Shown piece after piece: positions 1 to 14,103 of a DNA stretch of 64,000 nucleotides. The stretch lies in the NCBI GenBank assembly GCA_964019425.1, contig OZ025785.1:1054001-1118000 (forward strand). The letters run 5' to 3'. Position 1 is the first letter of the stretch; every line of letters starts with the position of its first letter. This stretch comes from Flectonema sp. DT1601. Lineage: Eukaryota. Below the pieces are notes generated by a model. It saw only the letters and a list, made by a program, of their open reading frames with translations. It did no database searches and was not told the origin of the DNA. The position numbers were made by a program, and so were the translations under genes.

Positions 1-1
1 A

Positions 2-1321
2 CCAAAGGCTGAGGCAGACCATCCACCGCCCGCCATAGCCGACCCCGTTAGAAGCCCAACGCCACCGGCCAGTCCGAGGAGCAAGAAGCAGTGGTCCCCT
101 GGTTCAGATTCGCAAGACGAGCCTGTATCAGTGAAGAAGCCGAAGACGTCCGCACCTGAAGTGGCCCGAGAAGACTCAGTGACTTCAGAAGGCCCCCCAC
201 TAGTAGATAACCAACGGAACCCGACGGTCACGACGGAGATAGAAAATGTAGCGCCGACCGCCTCACCTGTTGAAACTGCAGTTACAACCAATGTCGGCCA
301 GAGTAAGCCGGAGCCAAAGGAAACCGACATCCCACCGCCGAATGCAAGTCAGGAATTGGAAGATGCCACGGCCAGCGCCACACCAGTCACTAGACCGACA
401 GATTTGCCCACCGAAGGCAGTCCCCTGCCGTCAGCCAGTCTAAGGACGATAGTTGCAACCATAGACCCGCCGGAGAAAGGTGAACACGATGCCTCCGAAG
501 ATACAGTAAACACCCTCAAGGAAGAAGTATATGATGCCCCTGGAGATCAGACAGACACCCTCACCGGGGAAGTACGCGATGCCTCCGAAGAACCAGCGGA
601 TATTCTTACCGAAGTAGAACATGATGCCGCCGGAGAACTAGCAGACACCCTCGCCGAAGAAGTGCGCGATACCGCCGAACAACCAGCAGACATCCTTACC
701 GAAATAGAACAGGATGCCTCCGGAGAACTAGCGGACGCCCTCGACAATGAAGTGTGTGACACCTCTGAAGAACCAGTAGACATCCTCACCAAGGAGGAAC
801 GCGACTTGTCCAGCCCGTCATCGCAGTTACAAGCATACGACAAGGAGACCCACACTCCCCCTGTGGCCAGAACGCTAGACCTCGACAGCCATAACAGCTC
901 TACAGAAGATCCGACACCGAAGACCAGAAGAGCAAGGAGCAGCCCACCCCGGACGGGGACAAGTAGCTCCGATGTCTCCACAAACGATACCGAAGATACC
1001 CGACCGACATGTGACCATGCACCGCCGTTGCAAAAGGGACCAAGGGTCAAATGCGACTTCTGCCATAGATTGTTGCAACGGAAATGGTTCAGGAGCAGAT
1101 GCACGAAGTGCCAGATAACGACCTGTCGAAGATGTTGGACCGCCGGAGTGGAGACCGCCTCCAGAGCCTTGGATCACCCAGACAGTACACCAAGACACAG
1201 GAGGACGAGGTCGTGCCCATCCTCGAACGAGAAGACAAAGAAGAAGATATCGCCATACAGTTCCGCGGACTCAGAGAAGACCAACCTGAGTCCGGGGAAG
1301 AGACTTAAAGACGACTGCTGA
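2..1321 (+). CDS. 5'-truncated ORF (>440 aa): Pro/Thr/Glu-rich region, 15-aa acidic repeats, C-terminal Cys cluster (ZZ-like zinc finger); possibly retroelement-associated
   Basis: The frame of ORF 131..1321 is open back to position 2. It contains CDFC-x11-RCTKC-x4-CRRC at ~1052-1135 and is followed ~630 nt later by a long poly(A). Confidence 0.6.
   Translation, partial: PKAEADHPPPAIADPVRSPTPPASPRSKKQWSPGSDSQDEPVSVKKPKTSAPEVAREDSVTSEGPPLVDNQRNPTVTTEIENVAPTASPVETAVTTNVGQSKPEPKETDIPPPNASQELEDATASATPVTRPTDLPTEGSPLPSASLRTIVATIDPPEKGEHDASEDTVNTLKEEVYDAPGDQTDTLTGEVRDASEEPADILTEVEHDAAGELADTLAEEVRDTAEQPADILTEIEQDASGELADALDNEVCDTSEEPVDILTKEERDLSSPSSQLQAYDKETHTPPVARTLDLDSHNSSTEDPTPKTRRARSSPPRTGTSSSDVSTNDTEDTRPTCDHAPPLQKGPRVKCDFCHRLLQRKWFRSRCTKCQITTCRRCWTAGVETASRALDHPDSTPRHRRTRSCPSSNEKTKKKISPYSSADSEKTNLSPGKRLKDDC
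485..799 (+). repeat. Coding 45-bp (15-aa) tandem repeat, 7 units, with alternating 30-aa higher-order pattern
   Basis: HDASEDTVNTLKEEV / YDAPGDQTDTLTGEV / RDASEEPADILTEVE / HDAAGELADTLAEEV / RDTAEQPADILTEIE / QDASGELADALDNEV / CDTSEEPVDILTKEE. Confidence 0.9.
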
Positions 1322-1942
1322 GATCTGTGGGTGTACTCACACGTCCCCTCCCCCTCCTCCTCCCCCACCCCCCCCCTTTATACCCACCGGAATAGATAAT
1401 TTCTTTTAAAAGTGTCACTGTGAGACCTCAAAGAAAGCCGCACGTCCTCGGCAAAAAGAAGCCTGAGATGCTGACAAAAAGTCGATCTGTTAGTGAAACC
1501 TTGCCACTTAGCTTAGCTCTTCCAAAAACAACCAAGGCGGAACAAGATTGACTGCGTCGAAGGTGGAAACCGACAGCGTGCGAAGAAGAAAAAAGTAAAA
1601 GACTTAGGTAAAGCATACAACAGGTTATTAGGGAATAACCGCCGTCACACGGAAGAGTGATGAGTAAACCAGGGGCAATAATTACAACTTGGTCCACCGG
1701 GCTGGTGACAATGTTCCAACGTAGCATGCTAGGGCTAAGACAAGAGATGCGCCTGACGCGGGTGGAGTAGAGTCTTGTTATATTTTGGAGAGCAACGTTT
1801 TCGAACTACCCACAATATACCCGTCAGGAGGCAACTTGTACTTGGCTTACAATTTTAAAGACTACCGGTTTTCTCAGATAGAATTCCAGCAGACAAAGAA
1901 AAGTAAAAGAACTGTACTAGCATGTGGTTTCTTCCCGGCATC

Positions 1943-2087
<145 letters not shown>

Positions 2088-2200
2088 ATAAACAATGTTA
2101 TCATTGTTTTTTTTCTATCGATCGACTATGTCGATTAATTTCTATTTTCCGTCCTGATCGAGACGCTAAACTGATTGTTTCCTTTTTTTAAATAATAAAT

Positions 2201-2228
<28 letters not shown>

Positions 2229-2232
<4 letters not shown>

Positions 2233-2635
2233 ATCTCCCTGCTATCCTCATATCCCCACAATAATATTATACCTTTTCATTTTCTCTTTCCTTTTCTGGT
2301 CTTTTTTTTTCTTTTTTTCCTTTTTCATACAACGTTTTTTTATTTATATTTATATTTTTTTTTTTTTTTTTTTTTTTCATGTTTGATTATTTCCTCTTCA
2401 TATTTTTTTTTTTCTATTCTTTCTTTTTTTTTTTTTTTTTTCTCTGCCTCTCTCTCAATTCTGTTCGTTTCTTTGAAACGAAAATTCATTTGAATATTAT
2501 TCCTTGGTCAGCAACCATCATTGTCGCCCTTTGGGCCTGTTAAAAAAAAAAAAAAAAAATAAAAAGAAAGTTTACATCGGGAATAGGGCAGGAGCCAAAA
2601 GCTCCCAGTCCGTTACTTCCCACTTTATCGAAATT
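2229..2635. repeat. Interspersed ~410-bp repeat 'A' (GAGCATCTCCCC...CACTTTATCGAAAT)
   Basis: Near-identical copies at ~2229, 9507, 13219, 14100 and 16706-18746 (the last interrupted by two TIR elements). Partial copies at ~3561-4060 and ~10700-10895. Confidence 0.9.
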
Positions 2636-2656
2636 TTTTAAAAAATAAATAAAAAG

Positions 2657-2696
<40 letters not shown>

Positions 2697-2942
2697 AATG
2701 TTATCATTTTTTTTTTATCGATCGACTATGTCGATCACTTTCAATTTTCCGTCCTGGTCAGGACGCTAAACTGATTGTTTTTTCTTTAAAAATAAATGAA
2801 AAGAATAAAAAAAAAAAAAAAAAAAAAAAGAATAAACAATGTTATCATTTTTTTTTTATCGATCGACTATGTCGATTACTTTCTATTTTCCGTCTTGGTC
2901 AAGACGCTAAACTGATTGTTTTTTCTTTAAAATAATTAAAAG

Positions 2943-2975
<33 letters not shown>

Positions 2976-5104
2976 ATAAACAATGTTATCATTGTTTTTT
3001 TATCGTTCGACTTTTCCGTTTTTTTCTCTTAAAAAATAAATAAAAAGAATTTAAAAAAAAAAAAAAAAAAAAAAGAATAAACAATGTTATCATTGTTTTT
3101 TTATCGATCGACTTTGTCGACTAATTTCTATTTACCGTCCTGGTCAAGACGCTAAACTGATTGTTTTTTCTAAATAAATAAAAAGAATAAAAAAAAAAAA
3201 AAAAAAAAAAAAAGAATAAACAATGTTATCATTGTTTTTTTTTATCGATCGACTATGTCGATTACTTTCTATTTTCCGTTTTTTTTTCTTTTCCTGTCTG
3301 ACTGACTGTTTTTTCTTTAAAAAATAAATAAAAAGAATAAAAAAAAAAAAAAAAAAAAAAGAATAAACAATGTTATCATTGTTTTGTTATCGATCGACTT
3401 TGTCGACTAATTTCTATTTTCCGTCCTGGTCAAGACGCTAAACTGATTGTTTTTTCTTTAAAAAATAAATAAAAAGAATAAAAAAAAAAAAACAAAAAAA
3501 AAAGAATAAACAATGTTATCATTGTTTTTTTATCGATCGACTATGTCGATTACTTTCTATTTCTCTGCCTCTCTCTTAATTCTGTTCGTTTCTTTGAAAC
3601 GAAAATTCATTTGAATATTATTCCTTGGTCAGCAACCATCATTGTCGCCCTTTGGGCCTGTTAAAAAAAAATAAAAAATAAAAAGAAAGTTTACTGAATA
3701 AGAAATTTGGGAGAGGAATAGGGGCAGTGAACTTTTGATTCAGGCCCTTCCCAACGAACAGGACGAAGACTTCTAAAACCTGAGATGAACCAATTGAGTT
3801 GAAACAAACAAATAACAGAGACGCAACACATACCGGAACATCATCGCAAGCAATGCTTCGGACCTCCGTCGACCTTCGTTCTTCCGGCGGCAAAGGGAAA
3901 CAAGAAAGAACGGGCAATGGGACAAACCTGTTAGTTGGTGTTGTGCTGTTGTTAAAAACAAAAACATAAACGCCAGGAAGTTCGACAACGAAGACATCGA
4001 CATCGGGAATAGGGCAGGAGCCAAAAGCTCCCAGTCCGTTACTTCCCACTTTATCGAAATTCATCACTTTCTATTTCTCGTCCTGGTCAGGACGCTAAAC
4101 TGATTGTTTTTTCTTTAAAAATAAATAAAAAGAATAAAAAAAAAAAAAAAAAAGGAATAAACAATGTTATCATTGTTTTTATTTTATCGATCGACTATGT
4201 CGATTACTTTCTATTTTCCGTCCTGGTCAAGACGCTAAACTGATTGTTTTTTCTTTAAAAAATAATAAGAAGGATTTAAAAAAAAAAAAAAAAAAAAAAA
4301 AAGAATAAACAATGTTATCATTGTTTTTTTATCGATCGACTATGTCGATCACTTTCTATTTTTCGTCCTGGTCAGGACGCTAAACTGATTGTTTTTTCTT
4401 TAAAAATAATAAAGAATTTCGATAAGAAGGATTTAAAAAAAAAAAAAAAAAAAAAGAATAAACAATGTTATCATTGTTTTTTTTTATCGATCGACTATGT
4501 CGATCACTTTCTATTTTCCGTCCTGGTCAAGACGCTAAACTGATTGTTTTTTTTCAAAATTAATAAAAAAGAATACAAAAAAAAATAAAAAAAAAAGAAT
4601 AAACAATGTTATCATTGTTTTTTTTTATCGATCGTCTATGTCGATCACTTTCTATTTTCCGTCCTGGTCAAGACGCTAAACTGATTGTTTTTTTTCAAAA
4701 TTAATAAAAAAGAATACAAAAAAAAATAAAAAAAAAAGAATAAACAATGTTATCATTGTTTTTTTTTATCGATCGTCTATGTCGATCACTTTCTATTTTC
4801 CGTCCTGGTCAAGACGCTAAACTGATTGTTTTTTTTCAAAATTAATAAAAAAGAATACAAAAAAAAATAAAAAAAAAAGAATAAACAATGTTATCATTGT
4901 TTTTTTTTATCGATCGTCTATGTCGATCACTTTCTATTTTCCGTCCTGGTCAAGACGCTAAACTGATTGTTTTTTTTTCAAAATTAATAAAAAAGAATAT
5001 AAAAAAAAATAAAAAAAAAAGAATAAACAATGTTATCATTGTTTTTTTTTTTTATTGTTCGACTTTGTTGACTGGTCAAGACGCTAAACTGATTGTTTTT
5101 TCTT

Positions 5105-8100
5105 TAAAAAGAAGATTTCATATTAGAAACTAGGAAACTAGGTTAACACTTAGTTAAAATTAAGACCGGTTAGTCAGTTTAAGGTCTTGTCTAGGACCAA
5201 CATTCTTGTTTAACTTCAGTTATATTCATTTTACTTTTTATTGTTTCCCATCTGTTTTTATTTTCTATTAGTTCTGGTCAGAAACCCCTGGGCAGCAAGA
5301 AGGAAAACAGTTTAGTACTTCTGGGTGTTTGGCATCACCCCCCATAGTGAGCAAGTACAACAGGTAGCATTGGTAGTCTGTTGATCCTGAGTGATCCCAG
5401 CTACAGTTTTGTTTTTCTTTCTTTTTTTTAGAAGAAGATCAGGACATCCAAGCACTGCTGGATAGTTGCTGAATGCAGGGCCTGCCTGTGGCATTATAAT
5501 AACAGGCTAAGTCATTTGTAGTTCATAGTTTACCTTTGATTTTATAACTTCACACAGGGTACTATGAACGATGAGAGATCCAGTGGGATCACTCAGGGTC
5601 TAGTAGAGACCACCAATGTTGTGCGTTGATAGGCAAGGTGACCAACCTTGACATTCTTTCTTTTCTCTCCTGTTGTGACAAACACAAAATACACACACAG
5701 CTTACAGTGTGTTCTTTGTGTATGTTTTCTTCAGGTGTGAGTAGTTTTTTTGTTCTTGCTCTTCAGGGAGGGCCTTAGCCAAAAGCTAACAGTCCAAATC
5801 TCACCTGGAAATTCAACTCATTAAAAGGTTAAAAAAAAAAAAAAAAAAAAAAAAAGATTAATCAATGTTATCATTGTTTTTTAATCGATCGACTATGTCG
5901 ATCACTTTCAATTTTCCGTCCTGGTCAGGACGCTAAACTGATTGTTTTTTCTTTAAAAATAAATAAAAAGAATAAAAAAAAAAAAAAAAAAGGAATAAAC
6001 AATGTTATCATTGTTTTTATTTTATCGATCGACTATGTCGATTACTTTCTATTTTCCGTCCTGGTCAAGACGCTAAACTGATTGTTTTTTCTTTAAAAAA
6101 TAATAAGAAGGATTTAAAAAAAAAAAAAAAAAAAAAAAAAGAATAAACAATGTTATCATTGTTTTTTTATCGATCGACTATGTCGATCACTTTCTATTTT
6201 TCGTCCTGGTCAGGACGCTAAACTGATTGTTTTTTCTTTAAAAATAATAAAGAATTTCGATAAGAAGGATTTAAAAAAAAAAAAAAAAAAAAAGAATAAA
6301 CAATGTTATCATTGTTTTTTTTTATCGATCGACTATGTCGATCACTTTCTATTTTCCGTCCTGGTCAAGACGCTAAACTGATTGTTTTTTTTCAAAATTA
6401 ATAAAAAAGAATACAAAAAAAAATAAAAAAAAAAGAATAAACAATGTTATCATTGTTTTTTTTTATCGATCGTCTATGTCGATCACTTTCTATTTTCCGT
6501 CCTGGTCAAGACGCTAAACTGATTGTTTTTTTTCAAAATTAATAAAAAAGAATACAAAAAAAAATAAAAAAAAAAGAATAAACAATGTTATCATTGTTTT
6601 TTTTTATCGATCGTCTATGTCGATCACTTTCTATTTTCCGTCCTGGTCAAGACGCTAAACTGATTGTTTTTTTTTCAAAATTAATAAAAAAGAATATAAA
6701 AAAAAATAAAAAAAAAAGAATAAACAATGTTATCATTGTTTTTTTTTTTTATTGTTCGACTTTGTTGACTGGTCAAGACGCTAAACTGATTGTTTTTTCT
6801 TTAAAAAGAAGATTTCATATTAGAAACTAGGAAACTAGGTTAACACTTAGTTAAAATTAAGACCGGTTAGTCAGTTTAAGGTCTTGTCTAGGACCAACAT
6901 TCTTGTTTAACTTCAGTTATATTCATTTTACTTTTTATTGTTTCCCATCTGTTTTTATTTTCTATTAGTTCTGGTCAGAAACCCCTGGGCAGCAAGAAGG
7001 AAAACAGTTTAGTACTTCTGGGTGTTTGGCATCACCCCCCATAGTGAGCAAGTACAACAGGTAGCATTGGTAGTCTGTTGATCCTGAGTGATCCCAGCTA
7101 CAGTTTTGTTTTTCTTTCTTTTTTTTAGAAGAAGATCAGGACATCCAAGCACTGCTGGATAGTTGCTGAATGCAGGGCCTGCCTGTGGCATTATAATAAC
7201 AGGCTAAGTCATTTGTAGTTCATAGTTTACCTTTGATTTTATAACTTCACACAGGGTACTATGAACGATGAGAGATCCAGTGGGATCACTCAGGGTCTAG
7301 TAGAGACCACCAATGTTGTGCGTTGATAGGCAAGGTGACCAACCTTGACATTCTTTCTTTTCTCTCCTGTTGTGACAAACACAAAATACACACACAGCTT
7401 ACAGTGTGTTCTTTGTGTATGTTTTCTTCAGGTGTGAGTAGTTTTTTTGTTCTTGCTCTTCAGGGAGGGCCTTAGCCAAAAGCTAACAGTCCAAATCTCA
7501 CCTGGAAATTCAACTCAGTCCTTGTCAGTTTTGGCATCAAACTTGTAATGGTTTAATCATTACAGGTTATTTACTGAAATATTTGTTCTAAAAGTTGCTA
7601 AGTATTTCTCACTTAGAAATTTTTTATTTTTTTATTTTCAGCTTAATTAGCTACAAATTGTTTCTACTAAGTGTTTCTCGCTTAGTTTTTTTTTTTTGCT
7701 TTTCAGCTCCTTAAAAGCTGCTAAGTGTTTCTGCTAAGTGTTTCTCACTTAGAATTTTATTTTTATGTTCGTTTTCTATCCCTTCTCCTATCCCTTTTGT
7801 TCAAAATAAGCGGGAGGAAATTCTCTCATTCACGCTAAGATGCACTCTGAACTTTGATTTTTTGATCTGAGTGTGAGGGAATGACCTGTTAGTGCATTGG
7901 GCATAGGCTGGGCTGCAGTTTAGATGTCTTAGGTGTTAATAGGGGGTTCCTCTTAGCATTTTTCTTTGTTCCCACCTTATGATTTTCTTGAAGAAAAAAA
8001 ATAGAAGTCATAATGGTGCTTCCCTCTGGAAGGGTTGTAAGCCATGGTGTCCAACTAAATTAAAGGACAAGTCTGGGATAATCCCTGCCAGAGGGGCGAG

Positions 8101-9042
8101 TATTCTACCATGGTTGAAATACTCTGGCAACTGATCTTCAATTTTATGTTGTTTGTTAGCTGCTGGTGTATCTCGATCATGTGTTGATACTTGCATTTTT
8201 TTTTATTTGTAATCTTTTACTACAATAACTCTTGCAATTATCTTTTCTTTTTTATTCTCTATCTGTTCTGGTCTGTTTCTTCATTTTTTTTACATTAATA
8301 ATTACATTTTGTTCAAAAAGAAAAAAAAAGAAAAAGATTTCATATTAGAAACTAGGAAACTAGGTTAACACTTAGTTTAAATTAAGACCGGTTAGTCAGT
8401 TTAAGGTCTTGTCTAGGACCAACATTCTTGTTTAACTTCAGTTATATTCATTTTACTTTTTATTGTTTCCCATCTGTTTTTATTTTCTATTAGTTCTGGT
8501 CAGAAACCCCTGGGCAGCAAGAAGGAAAACAGTTTAGTACTTCTGGGTGTTTGGCATCACCCCCCATAGTGAGCAAGTACAACAGGTAGCATTGGTAGTC
8601 TGTTGATCCTGAGTGATCCCAGCTACAGTTTTGTTTTTCTTTCTTTTTTTTAGAAGAAGATCAGGACATCCAAGCACTGCTGGATAGTTGCTGAATGCAG
8701 GGCCTGCCTGTGGCATTATAATAACAGGCTAAGTCATTTGTAGTTCATAGTTTACCTTTGATTTTATAACTTCACACAGGGTACTATGAACGATGAGAGA
8801 TCCAGTGGGATCACTCAGGGTCTAGTAGAGACCACCAATGTTGTGCGTTGATAGGCAAGGTGACCAACCTTGACATTCTTTCTTTTCTCTCCTGTTGTGA
8901 CAAACACAAAATACACACACAGCTTACAGTGTGTTCTTTGTGTATGTTTTCTTCAGGTGTGAGTAGTTTTTTTGTTCTTGCTCTTCAGGGAGGGCCTTAG
9001 CCAAAAGCTAACAGTCCAAATCTCACCTGGAAATTCAACTCA
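5105..9042. repeat. Copies and fragments of ~1.4-kb repeat 'B' embedded in the satellite (5105-5820, ~6800-8330, ~8335-9042)
   Basis: The same short ORF (MPQAGPAF...) appears at 5312, 7009 and 8534. A 1697-bp tandem duplication is shown by the offsets 4888 to 6585 and 5312 to 7009. Confidence 0.9.
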
Positions 9043-9332
9043 TTAAAAGGTTAAAAAAAAAAAAAAAAAAAAAAAAAGATTAATCAATGTTATCATTGTT
9101 TTTTAATCGATCGACTATGTCGATCACTTTCAATTTTCCGTCCTGGTCAGGACGCTAAACTGATTGTTTTTTCTTTAAAAATAAATGAAAAGAATAAAAA
9201 AAAAAAAAAAAAAAAAAAAGAATAAACAATGTTATCATTTTTTTTTTATCGATCGACTATGTCGATTACTTTCTATTTTCCGTCTTGGTCAAGACGCTAA
9301 ACTGATTGTTTTTTCTTTAAAATAATTAAAAG

Positions 9333-9365
<33 letters not shown>

Positions 9366-9478
9366 ATAAACAATGTTATCATTGTTTTTTTTCTATCGAT
9401 CGACTATGTCGATTAATTTCTATTTTCCGTCCTGATCGAGACGCTAAACTGATTGTTTCCTTTTTTTAAATAATAAAT

Positions 9479-9510
<32 letters not shown>

Positions 9511-9934
9511 ATCTCCCTGCTATCCTCATATCCCCACAATAATATTATACCTTTTCATTTTCTCTTTCCTTTTCTGGTCTTTTTTTTTCTTTTTTTCCTT
9601 TTTCATACAACGTTTTTTTATTTATATTTATATTTTTTTTTTTTTTTTTTTTTTTCATGTTTGATTATTTCCTCTTCATATTTTTTTTTTTCTATTCTTT
9701 CTTTTTTTTTTTTTTTTTTCTCTGCCTCTCTCTCAATTCTGTTCGTTTCTTTGAAACGAAAATTCATTTGAATATTATTCCTTGGTCAGCAACCATCATT
9801 GTCGCCCTTTGGGCCTGTTAAAAAAAAAAAAAAAAAATAAAAAGAAAGTTTACATCGGGAATAGGGCAGGAGCCAAAAGCTCCCAGTCCGTTACTTCCCA
9901 CTTTATCGAAATTTTTTAAAAAATAAATAAAAAG

Positions 9935-9974
<40 letters not shown>

Positions 9975-10221
9975 AATGTTATCATTTTTTTTTTATCGAT
10001 CGACTATGTCGATCACTTTCAATTTTCCGTCCTGGTCAGGACGCTAAACTGATTGTTTTTTCTTTAAAAATAAATGAAAAGAATAAAAAAAAAAAAAAAA
10101 AAAAAAAAGAATAAACAATGTTATCATTTTTTTTTTATCGATCGACTATGTCGATTACTTTCTATTTTCCGTCTTGGTCAAGACGCTAAACTGATTGTTT
10201 TTTCTTTAAAATAATTAAAAG

Positions 10222-10254
<33 letters not shown>

Positions 10255-13044
10255 ATAAACAATGTTATCATTGTTTTTTTATCGTTCGACTTTTCCGTTT
10301 TTTTCTCTTAAAAAATAAATAAAAAGAATTTAAAAAAAAAAAAAAAAAAAAAAGAATAAACAATGTTATCATTGTTTTTTTATCGATCGACTTTGTCGAC
10401 TAATTTCTATTTACCGTCCTGGTCAAGACGCTAAACTGATTGTTTTTTCTAAATAAATAAAAAGAATAAAAAAAAAAAAAAAAAAAAAAAAAGATTAAAC
10501 AATGTTATCATTGTTTTTTTTTATCGATCGACTATGTCGATTACTTTCTATTTTCCGTTTTTTTTTCTTTTCCTGTCTGACTGACTGTTTTTTCTTTAAA
10601 AAATAAATAAAAAGAATAAAAAAAAAAAAACAAAAAAAAAAGAATAAACAATGTTATCATTGTTTTTTTATCGATCGACTATGTCGATTACTTTCTATTT
10701 CTCTGCCTCTCTCTTAATTCTGTTCGTTTCTTTGAAACGAAAATTCATTTGAATATTATTCCTTGGTCAGCAACCATCATTGTCGCCCTTTGGGCCTGTT
10801 AAAAAAAAATAAAAAATAAAAAGAAAGTTTACATCGGGAATAGGGCAGGAGCCAAAAGCTCCCAGTCCGTTACTTCCCACTTTATCGAAATTCATCACTT
10901 TCTATTTCTCGTCCTGGTCAGGACGCTAAACTGATTGTTTTTTCTTTAAAAATAAATAAAAAGAATAAAAAAAAAAAAAAAAAAGGAATAAACAATGTTA
11001 TCATTGTTTTTATTTTATCGATCGACTATGTCGATTACTTTCTATTTTCCGTCCTGGTCAAGACGCTAAACTGATTGTTTTTTCTTTAAAAAATAATAAG
11101 AAGGATTTAAAAAAAAAAAAAAAAAAAAAAAAAGAATAAACAATGTTATCATTGTTTTTTTATCGATCGACTATGTCGATCACTTTCTATTTTTCGTCCT
11201 GGTCAGGACGCTAAACTGATTGTTTTTTCTTTAAAAATAATAAAAAGGATTTAAAAAAAAAAAAAAAAAAAAAGAATAAACAATGTTATCATTGTTTTTT
11301 TTTATCGATCGACTATGTCGATCACTTTCTATTTTCCGTCCTGGTCAAGACGCTAAACTGATTGTTTTTTTTCAAAATTTATAAAAAAGAATACAAAAAA
11401 AAATAAAAAAAAAAGAATAAACAATGTTATCATTGTTTTTTTTTATCGATCGTCTATGTCGATCACTTTCTATTTTCCGTCCTGGTCAAGACGCTAAACT
11501 GATTGTTTTTTTTTCAAAATTAATAAAAAAGAATATAAAAAAAAAATAAAAAAAAAAGAATGAACAATGTTATCATTGTTTTTTTTTATCGATCGTCTAT
11601 GTCGATCACTTTCTATTTTCCGTCCTGGTCAAGACGCTAAACTGATTGTTTTTTTCAAAATTAATAAAAAAGAATACAAAAAAAAATAAAAAAAAAAGAA
11701 TAAACAATGTTATCATTGTTTTTTTTTATCGATCGTCTATGTCGATCACTTTCTATTTTCCGTCCTGGTCAAGACGCTAAACTGATTGTTTTTTTTTCAA
11801 AATTAATAAAAAAGAATATAAAAAAAAAATAAAAAAAAAAGAATAAACAATGTTATCATTGTTTTTTTTTATCGATCGTCTATGTCGATCACTTTCTATT
11901 TTCCGTCCTGGTCAAGACGCTAAACTGATTGTTTTTTTTCAAAATTAATAAAAAAGAATACAAAAAAAAATAAAAAAAAAAGAATAAACAATGTTATCAT
12001 TGTTTTTTTTTATCGATCGTCTATGTCGATCACTTTCTATTTTCCGTCCTGGTCAAGACGCTAAACTGATTGTTTTTTTTTCAAAATTAATAAAAAAGAA
12101 TATAAAAAAAAAATAAAAAAAAAAAAATAAACAATGTTATCATTGTTTTTTTTTTTTATTGTTCGACTTTGTTGACTAATTTCTATTTTCCGTTTTTTTT
12201 TCTTTTTAAAAAGTAAATAAAAAGAATTTAAAAAAAAAAAAAAAAAAAAAGAATAAACAATGTTATCATTGTTTTTTTTTATCGATCGACTATGTCGATT
12301 ACTTTCTATTTTCCGTCCTGGTCAAGACGCTAAACTGATTGTTTTTTTTTCAAAATTAATAAAAAAGAATATAAAAAAAAACAAAAACAAAAAGAATAAA
12401 CAATGTTATCATTGTTTTTTTTTTATCGTTCGACTTTGTCGACTAATTTTTATTTTCCGTTTTTTTTTCTTTAAAAATAAATAAAAAGAATTTAAAAAAA
12501 AAAAAAAAAAAAAGAATAAACAATGTTATCATTGTTTTTTTATCGATCGACTATGTCGATCACTTTCTATTTTCCGTCCTGGTCAAGACGCTAAACTGAT
12601 TGTTTTTTCTTTAAAATAACAAAAAGGATTAAAAAAAAAAAAAAAAAAAAAAAAAAGAATAAACAATGTTATCATTGTTTTTTATCGATCGACTATGTCG
12701 ATCACTTTCTATTTTCCGTCCTGGTCAAGACGCTAAACTGATTGTTTTTTCTTTAAAAAATAATTAAAAGGTTAAAAAAAAAAAAAAAAAAAAAAAAGAT
12801 TAATCAATGTTATCATTGTTTTTTAATCGATCGACTATGTCGATCACTTTCAATTTTCCGTCCTGGTCAGGACGCTAAACTGATTGTTTTTTCTTTAAAA
12901 ATAAATGAAAAGAATTTAAAATAAAAAAAAAGAATAAACAATGTTATCATTTTTTTTTTATCGATCGACTATGTCGATTACTTTCTATTTTCCGTCTTGG
13001 TCAAGACGCTAAACTGATTGTTTTTTCTTTAAAATAATTAAAAG

Positions 13045-13077
<33 letters not shown>

Positions 13078-13190
13078 ATAAACAATGTTATCATTGTTTT
13101 TTTTCTATCGATCGACTATGTCGATTAATTTCTATTTTCCGTCCTGATCGAGACGCTAAACTGATTGTTTCCTTTTTTTAAATAATAAAT

Positions 13191-13222
<32 letters not shown>

Positions 13223-13645
13223 ATCTCCCTGCTATCCTCATATCCCCACAATACTATTATACCTTTTCATTTTCTCTTTCCTTTTCTGGTCTTTTTTTTT
13301 CTTTTTTTCCTTTTTCATACAACGTTTTTTTATTTATATTTATATTTTTTTTTTTTTTTTTTTTTTTCATGTTTGATTATTTCCTCTTCATATTTTTTTT
13401 TTTCTATTCTTTCTTTTTTTTTTTTTTTTTTCTCTGCCTCTCTCTCAATTCTGTTCGTTTCTTTGAAACGAAAATTCATTTGAATATTATTCCTTGGTCA
13501 GCAACCATCATTGTCGCCCTTTGGGCCTGTTAAAAAAAAAAAAAAAAATAAAAAGAAAGTTTACATCGGGAATAGGGCAGGAGCCAAAAGCTCCCAGTCC
13601 GTTACTTCCCACTTTATCGAAATTTTTTAAAAAATAAATAAAAAG

Positions 13646-13682
<37 letters not shown>

Positions 13683-13925
13683 AAACAATGTTATCATTTT
13701 TTTTTTATCGATCGACTATGTCGATCACTTTCAATTTTCCGTCCTGGTCAGGACGCTAAACTGATTGTTTTTTCTTTAAAAATAAATGAAAAGAATTTAA
13801 AATAAAAAAAAAGAATAAACAATGTTATCATTTTTTTTTTATCGATCGACTATGTCGATTACTTTCTATTTTCCGTCTTGGTCAAGACGCTAAACTGATT
13901 GTTTTTTCTTTAAAATAATTAAAAG

Positions 13926-13958
<33 letters not shown>

Positions 13959-14071
13959 ATAAACAATGTTATCATTGTTTTTTTTCTATCGATCGACTAT
14001 GTCGATTAATTTCTATTTTCCGTCCTGATCGAGACGCTAAACTGATTGTTTCCTTTTTTTAAATAATAAAT

Positions 14072-14103
<32 letters not shown>

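Noticed and set aside
3730..3740. TGA aligned with TGG between related repeats, hinting at stop-codon reassignment
   Set aside because: It is a single instance in decayed repeats. The intact genes show no in-frame TGA in the stretches translated.
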